Below, piece after piece: positions 39,206 through 50,245 of a stretch of 64,000 bases of DNA; positions within the stretch are counted from its first letter, which is position 1; each line of letters opens with the position of its first letter. The translations under genes and the position numbers were made by a program. The notes beneath the pieces were generated by a model. It was not told the DNA's origin. It ran no database searches and was given only the letters and a program-made list of their open reading frames with translations. The stretch comes from Cenarchaeum sp. (GTDB taxonomy: Archaea > Thermoproteota > Nitrososphaeria > Nitrososphaerales > Nitrosopumilaceae): NCBI GenBank assembly GCA_965212015.1, contig OZ243037.1, positions 1,440,001 through 1,504,000 on the forward strand. Reading direction: 5' to 3'.

Positions 39206-39553
39206 TTACACGCCCTTGTTTATGAACAGGTCTAGCATTGTCTTGCCTTTTTTGGTAATGCGATAAAATATCCTCGTCCCGTCGTCTTCCCTCTTTACAA
39301 AGTTATAGTCTGTACAAAGGTGCAGATAGTTGAGAAACGATCTCTTCATCCTTATCTTGGATTCAGAGTACAGGTTTGAAAACGTCATGGGCCCCTCTTT
39401 GAGCTGGTACAGGAGCTTTAGGAGAGACAGAGTGCTAAAGTCGCGCGTCCTGGCCTTTACTGCGCCGAGGACCTCCTCGTCTCTTGCTATTATAAAGTCC
39501 TCAAATTGGTCTGCCACCTCTACTGGCACATATGTCAGGCGCGCCTTCATCAT
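39206..39553 (-). CDS. Small winged-helix DNA-binding protein
   Basis: PMTFSNLY...FLNYL...YRITKKG wHTH signature. Confidence 0.8.
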   Translation of the reverse strand: MMKARLTYVPVEVADQFEDFIIARDEEVLGAVKARTRDFSTLSLLKLLYQLKEGPMTFSNLYSESKIRMKRSFLNYLHLCTDYNFVKREDDGTRIFYRITKKGKTMLDLFINKGV

Positions 39554-39570
39554 ACCGTATTGTACGGTAT
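39552..39570. promoter_or_regulatory. Perfect inverted repeat overlapping the start of the wHTH gene
   Basis: ATACCGTA-TTG-TACGGTAT. Confidence 0.5.
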
Positions 39571-39734
39571 TTTACCTTATTAACCTTGCTGTTTTTGGAA
39601 ATTATACTGTTTGGTGCCAAAAGCTTGCCTGCCGGGAGCCAAACCCGAATGGGGAGGGGCCGGCTCTGCCCTGCGCCAGGGAGCGCTGCCATGCCAATAA
39701 TGATGTTTATTAATCTCAAAGCGTGCCTGCTACC

Positions 39735-41231
39735 ATGACGGATATCACGTTTTATGGTGGGGTGGATGAAATTGGCGGCAACAAGTTTCTTTTGAAAGAC
39801 AAGGATGCCAGAGTCTTTTTGGATTTTGGCATGCAGATGGGCAAGGCCAACAGCTATTTTGCCGAGTTTACACAGCCCCGAGGACTCAACGGCATGGGGG
39901 ATCTGTTTGAGTTTGGACTGCTGCCCAAAATTCACGGCCTATACAGAAAGGACTATTCAGAACACATGGGCTGGGATAATGATCACAAAAGCGATACGGC
40001 GTTTGACGGCGTGCTGCTTACCCATGCACACGTTGATCACTGTGCATACATTCACTATCTGAGGCCCGAGATTCCGATTTACTGTACGGAGGCCACAAAG
40101 CTGATCATGCAGACGTTTCAGGATACGGGAGGGCATGAGCAATACATAAAATACAAGAGGAATTTCCAGATTTACAAAAACTCCAAGGGTGGCAAGAGTC
40201 GAGCAAACTCTAAGAAAAACAGGGAAGAGTTTGACAGAGAAATCAGGATAATCGAGCCATACAAGCCATTCAAGATTGGTTCTTTAGAGATAGAACCCGT
40301 GCCAGTTGATCACTCGCTGCCGGGCGTGTGCGGCTTTATAATACATACGTCCAATGGGACTATCGGCTATACGGGTGATTTGAGGTTTCATGGACGCCGC
40401 AAAAAAGAGAGTGTAAAGTTTGTAGAGCGTTGCGCGGAATCCGATCTGGATCACATATTGTGCGAGGGAACCAGGGTCGATGCCGGCACGTCAAAGACTG
40501 AATACGACATTGAAAAGGATGCCATAGATATTACAAACTCTGCCAAAGAGCTGGTTATCGTGACGTATCCTGTGCGGGATCTTGACAGACTCCAGTCGTT
40601 TTATCTTGCAGCAAAAGAGACCGGGCGCAAGCTGGCCATAGATATGAAGCAGGCGTATCTGCTGAATCTTTTTGCCAAATCCAAAAATTACACCAAAATT
40701 TATCCCACGTTAGATGATCCCACAATTGTGATCTATAATCCGAAAAAATCATGGGGACTAATAGACAAGGATGTGGAACATTGGACAAAAGATCAACAAT
40801 CGGCAGATTACAAAAAATGGGAGCAGACATTCATAGACTGTGAAAACTCGGTAATTCACAGCGACATATCCTCGCACCAGGACACATACATGTTTTATTG
40901 CAGTGATTTCGGTTTGAAGGAGCTGATAGACATAAGGCCATCCCCGGGATCCCAGTATATTCGTTCGTCAACTGAGCCATTTGATGATGAGATGAGGCTG
41001 GATCATGATAGAATCAAGCGGTGGCTGGTTCACTTTAACTTGCTGGATAAGGAAGAGAAATGGACTGTAAGCCATGTGTCGGGTCATGGTTCCGGGGATC
41101 AGATAGAGCAGCTGGCCAAAGGCGTTAAAGCCAAAAAGCTTACTCCGATCCATACGGAAAAAGGCGAATATTTTGATAAATGGCATGATAACGTGCAAAA
41201 AATCAAGCTTGACGGGACGTTGTCATTTTAA
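39735..41231 (+). CDS. Metallo-beta-lactamase / beta-CASP ribonuclease (RNase J-like)
   Basis: GGVDEIGGNK, LDFG, THAHVDH, VDHS, TGD, CEGT, SGHG, PIH. Confidence 0.85.
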   Translation: MTDITFYGGVDEIGGNKFLLKDKDARVFLDFGMQMGKANSYFAEFTQPRGLNGMGDLFEFGLLPKIHGLYRKDYSEHMGWDNDHKSDTAFDGVLLTHAHVDHCAYIHYLRPEIPIYCTEATKLIMQTFQDTGGHEQYIKYKRNFQIYKNSKGGKSRANSKKNREEFDREIRIIEPYKPFKIGSLEIEPVPVDHSLPGVCGFIIHTSNGTIGYTGDLRFHGRRKKESVKFVERCAESDLDHILCEGTRVDAGTSKTEYDIEKDAIDITNSAKELVIVTYPVRDLDRLQSFYLAAKETGRKLAIDMKQAYLLNLFAKSKNYTKIYPTLDDPTIVIYNPKKSWGLIDKDVEHWTKDQQSADYKKWEQTFIDCENSVIHSDISSHQDTYMFYCSDFGLKELIDIRPSPGSQYIRSSTEPFDDEMRLDHDRIKRWLVHFNLLDKEEKWTVSHVSGHGSGDQIEQLAKGVKAKKLTPIHTEKGEYFDKWHDNVQKIKLDGTLSF

Positions 41232-41319
41232 ACCATCCAGACAGGCGCATTTTGTGCGAGATCAATAATTCCCACCTTGCCTGACATTCTTCCCAAAAAG
41301 TGCGCGTGTCTGACTATTC

Positions 41320-44300
41320 TCATTTGGGCTCGACTATCTTTATCACGTCAGTCACCATTCCGCCGTCGTGTACCATCTTTAGCACGTAAAACCCGGGCTT
41401 TTGCGCCTGGATGGCCACCTCGTAATACCCGCTGCCGTCGTCCTGTATGTCCCGGGTGTCTATTGTCCGGCCGTCCGTGTCCAGAAGGGATACCGTTACG
41501 AGCTCCGGCGCGCCAAACAGGGTTGATTTCTTGAACGCGCCTGACACTATTATCTGATCGCCAGAAAACTCACTGTCAATTATCGTGCGCTTTGAGCGCT
41601 CCGGCACGTACCGTTCTACCAGCTTTTCTAGCACGCTGGTGTATTTCTGGGCCTTTGCAGTGTCGCTTTTGGACAACGACCTGTCCACTATACCCGTTAT
41701 GGTCTCAAACTTGTGCGCGTTTTTCTCGTAATTGTCCCCGCCAAAGTTGGCAATTATATTCTTGAAGTTCTGGAATAATTCTACCACGTCGGCGTGCTCT
41801 GCCTGCCTCTTGTTTTGCTCAAAGAACAGATCCGGCGACACGCTCACTATCCTGACTGCCGAAGAGTTGCCGTGATCCAGCTTTATTGCAAACGTGCCGG
41901 ATTTCGGGGCCTCCCACAGGGTGTTAAAGTTGCCGTCCCGTGTGTTGACCGGGGTGAATACGCCGTGGTTGTTGTTGCCGTCCTGCAGATCGTGCACGCT
42001 GAACACCACAGAGTCCCTCTTGTTTTTGGGCTCGTTGATTGCGCCCTTTATACTCCACAGCTTTTCTGTCCCGTTGTACGACACGTCAAAGAATATGTCG
42101 CCCCGCATCTTTTCGCCCTCCAGAAGCGCTATGAGCTTTTTCAGGTCGTCCTCAAAGCTCCCCAAGCTCCCATAGTTTATGGTCTCCTGCATCTTGTTTT
42201 TTAGCTCTACAAACTCTGCATACATGGGATTCTGGCTCGGCGTGGGAAACAGGTCGTGCATGTTCTCCAGCAGGTCGTTGTACCTGATCTTCCTTATCTC
42301 TGCAATGTCGTACACGAACCTGTCGTGCGTCCCCTCGACATACTCTTCGTTGACCTTTTGCCACTCCTCTAGCGCCTCCTCCAGCATCCTGTCTGCCAGC
42401 TCTGGATTCTTTTGTACCAGCAGGGAGTCCCGGGCCAGCTCCACCCTTGCCTTTATCGATGCGGCAAACTCTTCGTATCCTGCGGCAAACCTGTGTCTGC
42501 CGTCGCCCACACTGACCAGATTCTCGATTGCGCGCGCCTTTTGAAGCAGCTGCTTTATCTTGAAGGGGTGGTCGACTGCGGAGTAAATCCGCTGCTTTAA
42601 CCTTTCTTCTGGAATGCTCGACTCTATCCGGTATAACAGCTCGTTTAGCCTTATGGTGTCATCAGGCGACAAATTCCTTGTGTCCTTGCCAGAAAACCTC
42701 TTGATTTCTGCGAGAATCTTGCGTATCTCCTCCAGTCCCTCTGTATCATAATTGTCGACTGCCTGCCTTTCCAGATTCCGGTACTGTTTTGTGTACGAGT
42801 CCAGGGTCTCCGAGACGTCGACGCCTGCCAGGACGCCCAGCTTTTCGCCGTACGGCACCAGTATCTTTGAGACCTGGGCAAACGAGTTTGCCTTGCGCAT
42901 TTCGACGTCAAAGTCGGCCCTCTGCTTTAGGAGCAGCGGGTTTATGACGCCGGCCAGCTTTTCTTTGTACTTTTCCTCTATTAGCTTTGCAGTCTTTAGG
43001 GCCGCATTCATCTCTTTTAGCTCCGCTATTATCTTTGGCACCTCTGTAATCAGGGTGGTAGTCTTTGCCTTTGCCTCAAGGGAGTGCCACAGCAGCTTTG
43101 TCACGTGCGTGACTGACTCTGGGGCCTTTTCGATATAGTTGCTGTTTATCAGCCTGTACGTCTTTTTCATCTCTGCCCTTATCTTTGGATCCCTTGCAAC
43201 GTCTATCGGCTTTTTGCTGACCTGCTTGTCGGGATCGTCTGACGAGTTGAGGTTCGGGGGAGTGGGCCTCCTGGACTCCTCTGCAAAGCCGTCTAGCATG
43301 TTGACGTGTGCGTCTAGCGTCCCCTCAAGGTCGTCAAGGTCCCGCACGCCTGCGGCCTGCCCTATCAGCTCCATTGTGTGCTGTCTTATGGCCTTTGCGT
43401 CGTCAAACTCTGCATTGAGGTCGTCATAATTCCCGTCAATAAGCTCTATCTTTTTGAGTATTTCAGAAAACCTGCGTATCGTGTCTGCCTCGGCGACTAT
43501 CCCCTCAAAGCCGGCCTTGTTGAGGTGCACGTGCGAGTTCCATATGCGTTTTATGTCCCCGCTCAGGTGGTGGCCCTGCCCCGCAAATGACTCGATCTTT
43601 TTTATGTCCTTTAGCAGTACGGCGCCCTGGTACGCCCTCTTGATGTCCTGTTTGTGTGCGGTTATGCCCTCAATGTCCTGCGCCTCGCCTATGGCCTCGC
43701 GTATCCTGAGCCATTCTGATGCGAGCTTGCGGGGTAGCTTGTCGTCGTCGGCAATCGAGTTTACATAGTCTATCTGCGGCAGCAGCTTTACTGTGGCGAC
43801 TAGTACGTTATGGTCAAGCGTCCCGGCGGTATAGGACAGCGCAATATCCCGTGTCGCCTGCTGGCTCAGCGCGTGGCCTGCGCGGTTGATGCCGCTTGTT
43901 ATGCCTTGTAATGCGCCGGGGGGCTCGCCTGTGGCAAACATACCGTACAGCCTGTCCTGAATTCTGTCTATTAGCCTCTCGCGCTCGTCGGCGCCGTGCG
44001 CGTAATTGTAAAACAGTGCAAGCGAATACAGCTCTTGTATGTCGTCGTATGATTGGCGGTCTATCTTTTTGGCGGCAAGCTGGTCGTCTGCGTACGACAT
44101 CATGTCGTCAAGCACCCTGTTGCGGTTGCGCTCGGCATTGCCGTCCTTGTATATCTGGTTCAGTATGGCATTGTCGTTCCGCACCATCTCCATGAACATG
44201 TCCCTGAGCAGCCTTGATTTTTTCACATGCTCTAGCCCGTCTGCCTTTTCCAGCCTTAGCTCGAGGGACGACTTTGATATGGAATCCTCTAGTGACTCGA

Positions 44301-44676
44301 CCATGTTCGATACCAGCCTGAATGCCACGGCAGTAGAAAAGCGGTTCATCCCCTCGGAGGATGACTCGAGGCTCCACGACGAGATTCCCCCGCCGTAATA
44401 CGAGAACGCCTCGTATGCGTCAGCAGAGGCGCACCGGGCCTCCATCCTCGAGGCATCAAGCGAAAAGATGAAAAAGCCCTCCATCGTGCCTGCCGGGAAA
44501 AAGCCGCACGACTTACTATCGTACACAATCTCGACGAGCATCGGGCCGCCAGAGTCCACAATGTCGCCGTGAATCCTTAATTTTTCGTGGAACGGAACGG
44601 CATCGTCGGCAAACGCGCCGGGGACTGTTAGTGTAAGGGACAGTAGCACCAGTCCGTACAGTATGCCGTATGTCAT
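41320..44676 (-). CDS. Large secreted/surface hypothetical protein
   Basis: Signal peptide (LLSLTLTVPGAFA), long helical region, two similar beta-rich modules toward the C-terminus. Confidence 0.75.
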   Translation of the reverse strand: MTYGILYGLVLLSLTLTVPGAFADDAVPFHEKLRIHGDIVDSGGPMLVEIVYDSKSCGFFPAGTMEGFFIFSLDASRMEARCASADAYEAFSYYGGGISSWSLESSSEGMNRFSTAVAFRLVSNMVESLEDSISKSSLELRLEKADGLEHVKKSRLLRDMFMEMVRNDNAILNQIYKDGNAERNRNRVLDDMMSYADDQLAAKKIDRQSYDDIQELYSLALFYNYAHGADERERLIDRIQDRLYGMFATGEPPGALQGITSGINRAGHALSQQATRDIALSYTAGTLDHNVLVATVKLLPQIDYVNSIADDDKLPRKLASEWLRIREAIGEAQDIEGITAHKQDIKRAYQGAVLLKDIKKIESFAGQGHHLSGDIKRIWNSHVHLNKAGFEGIVAEADTIRRFSEILKKIELIDGNYDDLNAEFDDAKAIRQHTMELIGQAAGVRDLDDLEGTLDAHVNMLDGFAEESRRPTPPNLNSSDDPDKQVSKKPIDVARDPKIRAEMKKTYRLINSNYIEKAPESVTHVTKLLWHSLEAKAKTTTLITEVPKIIAELKEMNAALKTAKLIEEKYKEKLAGVINPLLLKQRADFDVEMRKANSFAQVSKILVPYGEKLGVLAGVDVSETLDSYTKQYRNLERQAVDNYDTEGLEEIRKILAEIKRFSGKDTRNLSPDDTIRLNELLYRIESSIPEERLKQRIYSAVDHPFKIKQLLQKARAIENLVSVGDGRHRFAAGYEEFAASIKARVELARDSLLVQKNPELADRMLEEALEEWQKVNEEYVEGTHDRFVYDIAEIRKIRYNDLLENMHDLFPTPSQNPMYAEFVELKNKMQETINYGSLGSFEDDLKKLIALLEGEKMRGDIFFDVSYNGTEKLWSIKGAINEPKNKRDSVVFSVHDLQDGNNNHGVFTPVNTRDGNFNTLWEAPKSGTFAIKLDHGNSSAVRIVSVSPDLFFEQNKRQAEHADVVELFQNFKNIIANFGGDNYEKNAHKFETITGIVDRSLSKSDTAKAQKYTSVLEKLVERYVPERSKRTIIDSEFSGDQIIVSGAFKKSTLFGAPELVTVSLLDTDGRTIDTRDIQDDGSGYYEVAIQAQKPGFYVLKMVHDGGMVTDVIKIVEPK

Positions 44677-44772
44677 TATCCGTCTCGCATACCTGCGCCC
44701 CTGTGCGTTTTAATAATTACCATGTATAGGATTGTTGCGGAATTCTTATTAGCGGTATGTGGGGGCCTGCGC

Positions 44773-46959
44773 CTATCTGTAGTATGATGCCACTACCTTT
44801 TGGCCTATCTTTAGGTCCTTTTGCTCGCGCACCTTTTTTACTGCCACCTCAAAGTGCTTCATGGTTATGCGGGCCTCCTTTGAGTTGGTCTCCACCTCCT
44901 TTGCGTCGGGATGGGTGTCAAGATACTCGTGTATTACGAGCGATACTGCGGTGTTTGCAATGGCTGCCACGTCCGCACCGCTGAGGCCGTCAGTCATTTC
45001 TGCAATCTTTGCAATGTTGACGTGCTCTGGATCATCTGCGTCGCTCACTATGGGTATCTCTTGCGAGCTGATCTCAATTATGCTCTTTCTGCTGTCCTTG
45101 TCCGGAAGCGGAATCGATATTATCTTGTCAAACCTGCCCGGGCGCAAAAGCGCCGGATCTATCATGTCTGGCCTGTTCGTGGCGGCAAGCACCACCACCC
45201 CGTGAAGGTTCTCCATGCCGTCTAGCTCCGTGAGCAGCTGGCTGACGACCCTTTCAGTTACCGCAGTCTCCCCCCCGGCGCCCCTTATCGGGGCTATAGA
45301 GTCAATCTCGTCGAAGAATATGACGCACGGCGAGGCCTGCCTTGCCCTGCGAAAGATCTCCCTGATGCCCCTTTCTGACTCGCCTACCCATTTTGATAGC
45401 AGCTCCGGACCCCTGACTGAGACAAAGTTGGCCTCGCTCTGGGTGGCCACTGCCTTTGCAAGCAGCGTCTTTCCGGTACCGCTCGGGCCGTGCAGCAGTA
45501 TGCCGCGCGGCATCTTGTGGCCCAGCTTGTCGTACAGCATTGGATATTTCATGGGCCATTCCACCGCCTCTTGCAGCTCTTTTTTCACGGTGCCCAGTCC
45601 GCCGACGTCCTCCCATTTTACGTCGGGGTTTTCAATGAACACCTCTCTCATTCCGGACGGCGTCACCTCGATTAGCGCCCTTTGAAAGTCCTCGCCGTTT
45701 ACAATCAGCTTGTCAAGCGTCTCTGGGGGTATCTTTTCGTCCTCCATGTTGAGCTCCGGTAGCAGCCTTCGCAGGCACTTCATGGCCGCCTCCTTGCACA
45801 GGTATTCCAAATCCGCGCCGACATAGCCGTGGCTTACTGCGGCTATCTTGTCGGTGTTGACGTCCTCCGATAGCGGCATGTTCCTTGTGTGTATTGCAAG
45901 TATGTCCTTTCTGCCCTTTTTGTCGGGGACCTTTATCTCGATTTCCCTGTCAAAGCGACCGGGCCTTCGCAGGGCGGGGTCTATGGCGTTTGGCCTGTTT
46001 GTGGCAGAAATCACGATTACCTTTCCCCTCGCCTCCAATCCGTCCATCAGCGAGAGCAACTGCGAGACGACGCGCCGCTCCACCTCGCCGGTCACCTCTT
46101 CCCTTTTTGGGGCGATAGAGTCAATCTCGTCGACAAAGATTATCGACGGGGATTTTTCTCGCCCCTCCTTGAATATCTCCCTGAGCCTCGCCTCGCTCTC
46201 GCCGTAAAACTTGCTCATTATCTCGGGCCCCGAGATGCTAATAAAATGCGCATTGCTTTCGTTGGCAACTGCCTTTGCAAGCAGCGTCTTTCCGGTGCCG
46301 GGCGGCCCGTATAACAGCACGCCCTTTGGCGCCTCGATTCCGAGCTTTTCGAATATCTCCGGATGCCTCAGCGGAAGCTCTATCATTTCCCTTACCTTTT
46401 TAATCTCGTCAGTCAGGCCCCCGATGTCCTCGTAGGTCACCTGCGGCACGCCCCTGAGGGTCTCGCCTTTTTCTGCAATGTGGAATATCGTCCTCTGCGT
46501 GACTAGGACCGCATCAGCTGACGGCGTCACGCCGATTACCTGAAACGTCAGCCTGCCGCCAAAATACGGCACCATGACATTGTCGCCCTTGATGAGCGGC
46601 ACGCTCTCCAGGGCGTCGGCCAGATACCTCTCGTCGATGGGGGGTATGGCCTCCAGCGGGGCCACCACTATTTTTTCGGCGGCATCTGCCTTTATCTTTC
46701 GCACCGATATGGTGTCGCCGATTGCGATTCCGGAATTGTTTCTGCCCAGGCCGTCAATCCGTATTATCCCCTTTCCCTCGTCAGACGGGTACAGGGGAAG
46801 GCACTTTGCGACCGTCCTTCTCTTGCCTTTGATCTCAATTACGTCCCCAGTTGAGGCGTTCAGGGTGTCCATGGAGTCATAGTCTATGCGGGCCACCCCC
46901 CTTCCGACGTCCCGCGTATATGCCTCCAATACCTTGAGTGAAAGCGCGTTTTGGCTCAT
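44773..46959 (-). CDS. cdc48: CDC48/VCP AAA ATPase
   Basis: Two AAA modules GPPGTGKT / [18 protein letters not shown]. Confidence 0.96.
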   Translation of the reverse strand: MSQNALSLKVLEAYTRDVGRGVARIDYDSMDTLNASTGDVIEIKGKRRTVAKCLPLYPSDEGKGIIRIDGLGRNNSGIAIGDTISVRKIKADAAEKIVVAPLEAIPPIDERYLADALESVPLIKGDNVMVPYFGGRLTFQVIGVTPSADAVLVTQRTIFHIAEKGETLRGVPQVTYEDIGGLTDEIKKVREMIELPLRHPEIFEKLGIEAPKGVLLYGPPGTGKTLLAKAVANESNAHFISISGPEIMSKFYGESEARLREIFKEGREKSPSIIFVDEIDSIAPKREEVTGEVERRVVSQLLSLMDGLEARGKVIVISATNRPNAIDPALRRPGRFDREIEIKVPDKKGRKDILAIHTRNMPLSEDVNTDKIAAVSHGYVGADLEYLCKEAAMKCLRRLLPELNMEDEKIPPETLDKLIVNGEDFQRALIEVTPSGMREVFIENPDVKWEDVGGLGTVKKELQEAVEWPMKYPMLYDKLGHKMPRGILLHGPSGTGKTLLAKAVATQSEANFVSVRGPELLSKWVGESERGIREIFRRARQASPCVIFFDEIDSIAPIRGAGGETAVTERVVSQLLTELDGMENLHGVVVLAATNRPDMIDPALLRPGRFDKIISIPLPDKDSRKSIIEISSQEIPIVSDADDPEHVNIAKIAEMTDGLSGADVAAIANTAVSLVIHEYLDTHPDAKEVETNSKEARITMKHFEVAVKKVREQKDLKIGQKVVASYYR

Positions 46960-47056
46960 GGGGAAGCTCTAGCTGGCTATTTTTTATACCTTTGGCGTTT
47001 GGGATCCGGCGTTTAATCACAAGCTTAAAATCCATAGGTAGGGCCAACCGATCTAC

Positions 47057-47788
47057 TTGGGCAAAAGACCGCTAGTCAGAAGAAGGGGCCGTGGAGGCAT
47101 GCAGTTTCGGGCAGCAACCACTGGCAAGATAGCACGCGTAAAATACCCCGGTTTTGCCCTCTCAGAGCAGCATGCCGGCAAGGTGATGGATCTGGTCCAC
47201 GAGCGGGGCAGGGAGGCTCCGCTGGCAAAGATCATGTTTGAGGACGGCTCGGTGTGCTTTGTGCCTGCCGTCCTGGGGACCCGCGTCGGTTCCGTTGTTA
47301 ATTTCGGATTAAAGTCTACCGTAGAGCACGGTAATGTGATCAGCATCCAAAACATCCCAGACGGGACTACCGTATGCAACGTGGAGAAGCATTTTGGCGA
47401 CGGCGGCTCGATTGTGAAATCAGCCGGCGGAAACGCGACTGTCTTTTCGCACGGTGATGACGGCGTGGTCCTAAAGCTTCCGTCCGGCAAGTTTGCCACG
47501 CTAAACTCCAAGAACAGGGCGATGATTGGAACGCTTGCAGGCGGCGGGGCCACCGAGCGCCCGCTGATGAGCGCCGGCGGAAAATGGCGCAAGTTCCGCG
47601 CAAAGGGGCAAAAGTATCCCATAGTCCGCGGCGTGGCGCAGGCCGCATACGTGCACCCGCACGGAGGGGGACGGCACCAGCATGTGGGACAGAGCTCCAC
47701 CGTATCGCGCAACGCGCCTCCTGGGGCAAAGGTGGGAAGCATTGCCGCAAGAAAGACCGGCAGGGCCAGAATCAAGGAACGCAGATAG
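47057..47788 (+). CDS. rpl2: 50S ribosomal protein L2 (uL2)
   Basis: RRRGRGG, VRGVA, HPHGGG, PPGAKVG, ARKTGR. Confidence 0.96.
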   Translation: MGKRPLVRRRGRGGMQFRAATTGKIARVKYPGFALSEQHAGKVMDLVHERGREAPLAKIMFEDGSVCFVPAVLGTRVGSVVNFGLKSTVEHGNVISIQNIPDGTTVCNVEKHFGDGGSIVKSAGGNATVFSHGDDGVVLKLPSGKFATLNSKNRAMIGTLAGGGATERPLMSAGGKWRKFRAKGQKYPIVRGVAQAAYVHPHGGGRHQHVGQSSTVSRNAPPGAKVGSIAARKTGRARIKERR

Positions 47789-47830
47789 CCCCTGCCAAAA
47801 TTGATTAAAGGCAGATTCGCTATATTACGC

Positions 47831-48106
47831 ATGGCGCGCAGGGTTCGGATATTCGTTACAGGAAAGGTGCAGGGCGTGTTTTTCAGGCAGGCCCTAAAGG
47901 TGACTGCCAGAAAAAACAGCATTGCCGGCTGGGCGAAAAACCTGGGCGACGGCAGGGTGGAGGCGGTTCTTGAGGGCGACGATGCCGGAGTGGGACGGGT
48001 AGTCGAGTGGTGCCATGCGGGTCCGGCCAACGCCCGAGTCGCCGGCGTTGAAATCAAAAGCGAAAAGTTTGCCGGCGAGTTCTCTACGTTTGACGTGCTG
48101 TACTAG
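47831..48106 (+). CDS. acyP: Acylphosphatase
   Basis: GKVQGVFFR, GWAKN..DGRVEA, GPANARV. Confidence 0.92.
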   Translation: MARRVRIFVTGKVQGVFFRQALKVTARKNSIAGWAKNLGDGRVEAVLEGDDAGVGRVVEWCHAGPANARVAGVEIKSEKFAGEFSTFDVLY

Positions 48107-48112
48107 TGTAGT

Positions 48113-48428
48113 GGCAGTAGCCCTGTCAGTTCCAGTCTAGACGGATGGCCCCTTTTCAAGGCGTACAAGATCCGCCACGTTGACGAGGAAGCGTGGATGC
48201 CCCACCTTAGGATTGCTCCCTCCCGGACCTCGTCCATTTCGATGGTTCGGTCTTGAAAGTCATCCCTTCGGATGATTCCAGTCCTGCAACCACCCGCCTC
48301 GGCGTGATTTCATTTCCGCACGCCAAGCGGGAATTACCCTTCTAGAGATTTACCCAACAGTTACTGATCTCTGCATATAGCCGGTTTCAGAACAGGGCAC
48401 GGCTGGCACCCCGATCCTACCTACTACC
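48113..48428 (-). ncRNA. ffs: Archaeal signal recognition particle (7S) RNA
   Basis: About 316 nt; ends pair (GGUAGUAG/CUACUGCC); helix-8 like GAGGUCCGGGAGGGAGCAAUCC; Alu-like 5' domain. Confidence 0.88.
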
Positions 48429-48433
48429 GTCTA

Positions 48434-49372
48434 TTATTCGGGCGGGTATGATATATTTGCATTAGGTTTTGCCCCCCGCAGCTTTGCGAGCGTCTCGCAC
48501 ACGGAGCATATGGCCCCCGTGCACTGGCTGCCGCAGCGCGGGCAGGGCGCCTTTTGCCTGCCGTCCAAACCCCTCATGGCGCCTGACACCCTTAGGGTCG
48601 ACCTGTACAGGTTGTTTTTTGCGCCTGCGTGGCCGTCCTCCAGCCTGTTGAGAAACTCGCGCAGCTCAGTCCTGATGCCCTCGTTTCTGTGGGGGCACGG
48701 CTCTGACTGGAACGGAATGCCGTTGGTAAAGGCGTAAAACACAATCTCTGCCTCGTAAATCTCGCAAAACGGCTTTATCTTTCTTGGAATGTCAAAAGAC
48801 GCGCCGGGATCCGTCCACCCTATTCTGCCCGTGTCCCCCGAGATCATGTTGATGAGAAACGTCTGCAGCGAGTCGTCCAGGTTGTGGCCAGTCGCAATTG
48901 CGTCTGCCCCCATCTCTTTTGCCGCATGATCCATCGCGCGGCGCCTGAGCGTCCCGCATATGGCGCACGAGGTGGTCTTTGCGTCCCTCAGGTCCAGCGC
49001 CTCATCAAGGGTCATCTCAAAGAGGTCCCCGTACGAATAGACCCCGAGCTCCACGCCCAATTTGCCGCAATAGTCCCTCACTATTTCCAGCGCCTCATCA
49101 CGGTATCCGGGTATCCCCTCGTCTATGGTTACTGCCCTTATCCCAAAGTTGTGGCTCTTTGACATCTGATCCAGTATGTGTAATAGCGCAAGCGAGTCCT
49201 TTCCGCCAGACACTGCCACGCAGACCAGATTCCCGTTTCCTATCATGGCGTGCCTAGAGATGGTCTTTGCAGTCTTGCGGACGATGGACTCTGAAAAGCA
49301 TCCTGCGCAAAGCGACTCGCCTGAATATTTTCTGGTGTATACGGGATTATTCGGGCACCTGTCGCACTTCAT
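48434..49372 (-). CDS. ncsA: tRNA 2-thiolation protein (NcsA/TtuA family)
   Basis: N-terminal Zn finger, SGGKDS PP-loop, CAICG..RR, TGHNLDD, C-terminal Zn finger. Confidence 0.88.
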   Translation of the reverse strand: MKCDRCPNNPVYTRKYSGESLCAGCFSESIVRKTAKTISRHAMIGNGNLVCVAVSGGKDSLALLHILDQMSKSHNFGIRAVTIDEGIPGYRDEALEIVRDYCGKLGVELGVYSYGDLFEMTLDEALDLRDAKTTSCAICGTLRRRAMDHAAKEMGADAIATGHNLDDSLQTFLINMISGDTGRIGWTDPGASFDIPRKIKPFCEIYEAEIVFYAFTNGIPFQSEPCPHRNEGIRTELREFLNRLEDGHAGAKNNLYRSTLRVSGAMRGLDGRQKAPCPRCGSQCTGAICSVCETLAKLRGAKPNANISYPPE

Positions 49373-49390
49373 CGGCTTGCGGGTCTGTTT

Positions 49391-50161
49391 TCAGGGTATT
49401 TGTGTCCTTTGAATCCGGCAGGGCGCCCGGCATGCAGGTGCCGCATCCTTGCGCCACGAGCGCGCAAAAAACGGCAGCGACAGCGCCAGGCCGATTGCTG
49501 CGAGCATGATCATCGTGATTGCAAGCTCGCCTGTGTCAAACGGAATAGTGCCGCTGTACGGATCAAAAAACGGCGTTCCGGATCCCGACGACGGGTTTGA
49601 TATCACGGCGTCTATCTTTTTTTGCGCAAGATAGACTGACTCGTCTACAGAGTTGGGAACCATGCTGCGCGATTCCGCACCGCCGGCCCATCCGAGCTCC
49701 GGCAGCGAGTTGCCCTCTATTCTGGTCAGCATTATGGACAGAATGGACGCGACGGCGGCCCCCCCGACTCCGAACAGGCGGTAAATGGACTTTAAGGACT
49801 TTGCCAGCAGCTTGCTCTGCCTTGCCTTTTCTGCCACGTCGGTGTGCGTGATTACTATGGCCAGCTTTGAGGCCGTGTAATAGTTCATGTCGCGCGATTT
49901 AGAGTTCTTGCCCACCCTGCTGACGCAGATGAGCCCTATTGACTGCATCTTTTCAATGTGGTACTTTGCCAGCTGCAGCGAGATGCCGGCCCCTGTGGCG
50001 ATCTCGTTTGCGGTGAGCTCCTTTTTGAAGAGCAGGTGCAGCATGTCGCTGCTTGACTTGTTTGCGACAATTTCGGCAAACGTCTTTAGCGTGGAATCAT
50101 TGGTGGAAAAAATCTTTGTTATATTGGCCGGGCCGGATTTTCTTTCACTCATAGGACGCAT
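49391..50161 (-). CDS. Membrane-tethered ArsR-like winged-helix regulator (2 TM)
   Basis: ELTANEIA..AGISLQLAKYHIEKM HTH; two hydrophobic helices flanking a loop with GSGTPFF. Confidence 0.8.
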   Translation of the reverse strand: MRPMSERKSGPANITKIFSTNDSTLKTFAEIVANKSSSDMLHLLFKKELTANEIATGAGISLQLAKYHIEKMQSIGLICVSRVGKNSKSRDMNYYTASKLAIVITHTDVAEKARQSKLLAKSLKSIYRLFGVGGAAVASILSIMLTRIEGNSLPELGWAGGAESRSMVPNSVDESVYLAQKKIDAVISNPSSGSGTPFFDPYSGTIPFDTGELAITMIMLAAIGLALSLPFFARSWRKDAAPACRAPCRIQRTQIP

Positions 50162-50245
50162 ATGTTACGGCCGCAAGCTATGTAAGAGTTTGGTGAAATC
50201 ACGCCTTTATCAAACGCTATATGCAATTTTGCCGTACCATGTATA

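Noticed and set aside
47053-48057. 334-aa antisense ORF over rpl2/acyP, and similar long antisense ORFs (20395.., 23426.., 31207.., 35998..)
   Set aside because: Shadow frames of GC-rich conserved genes; no recognisable motifs
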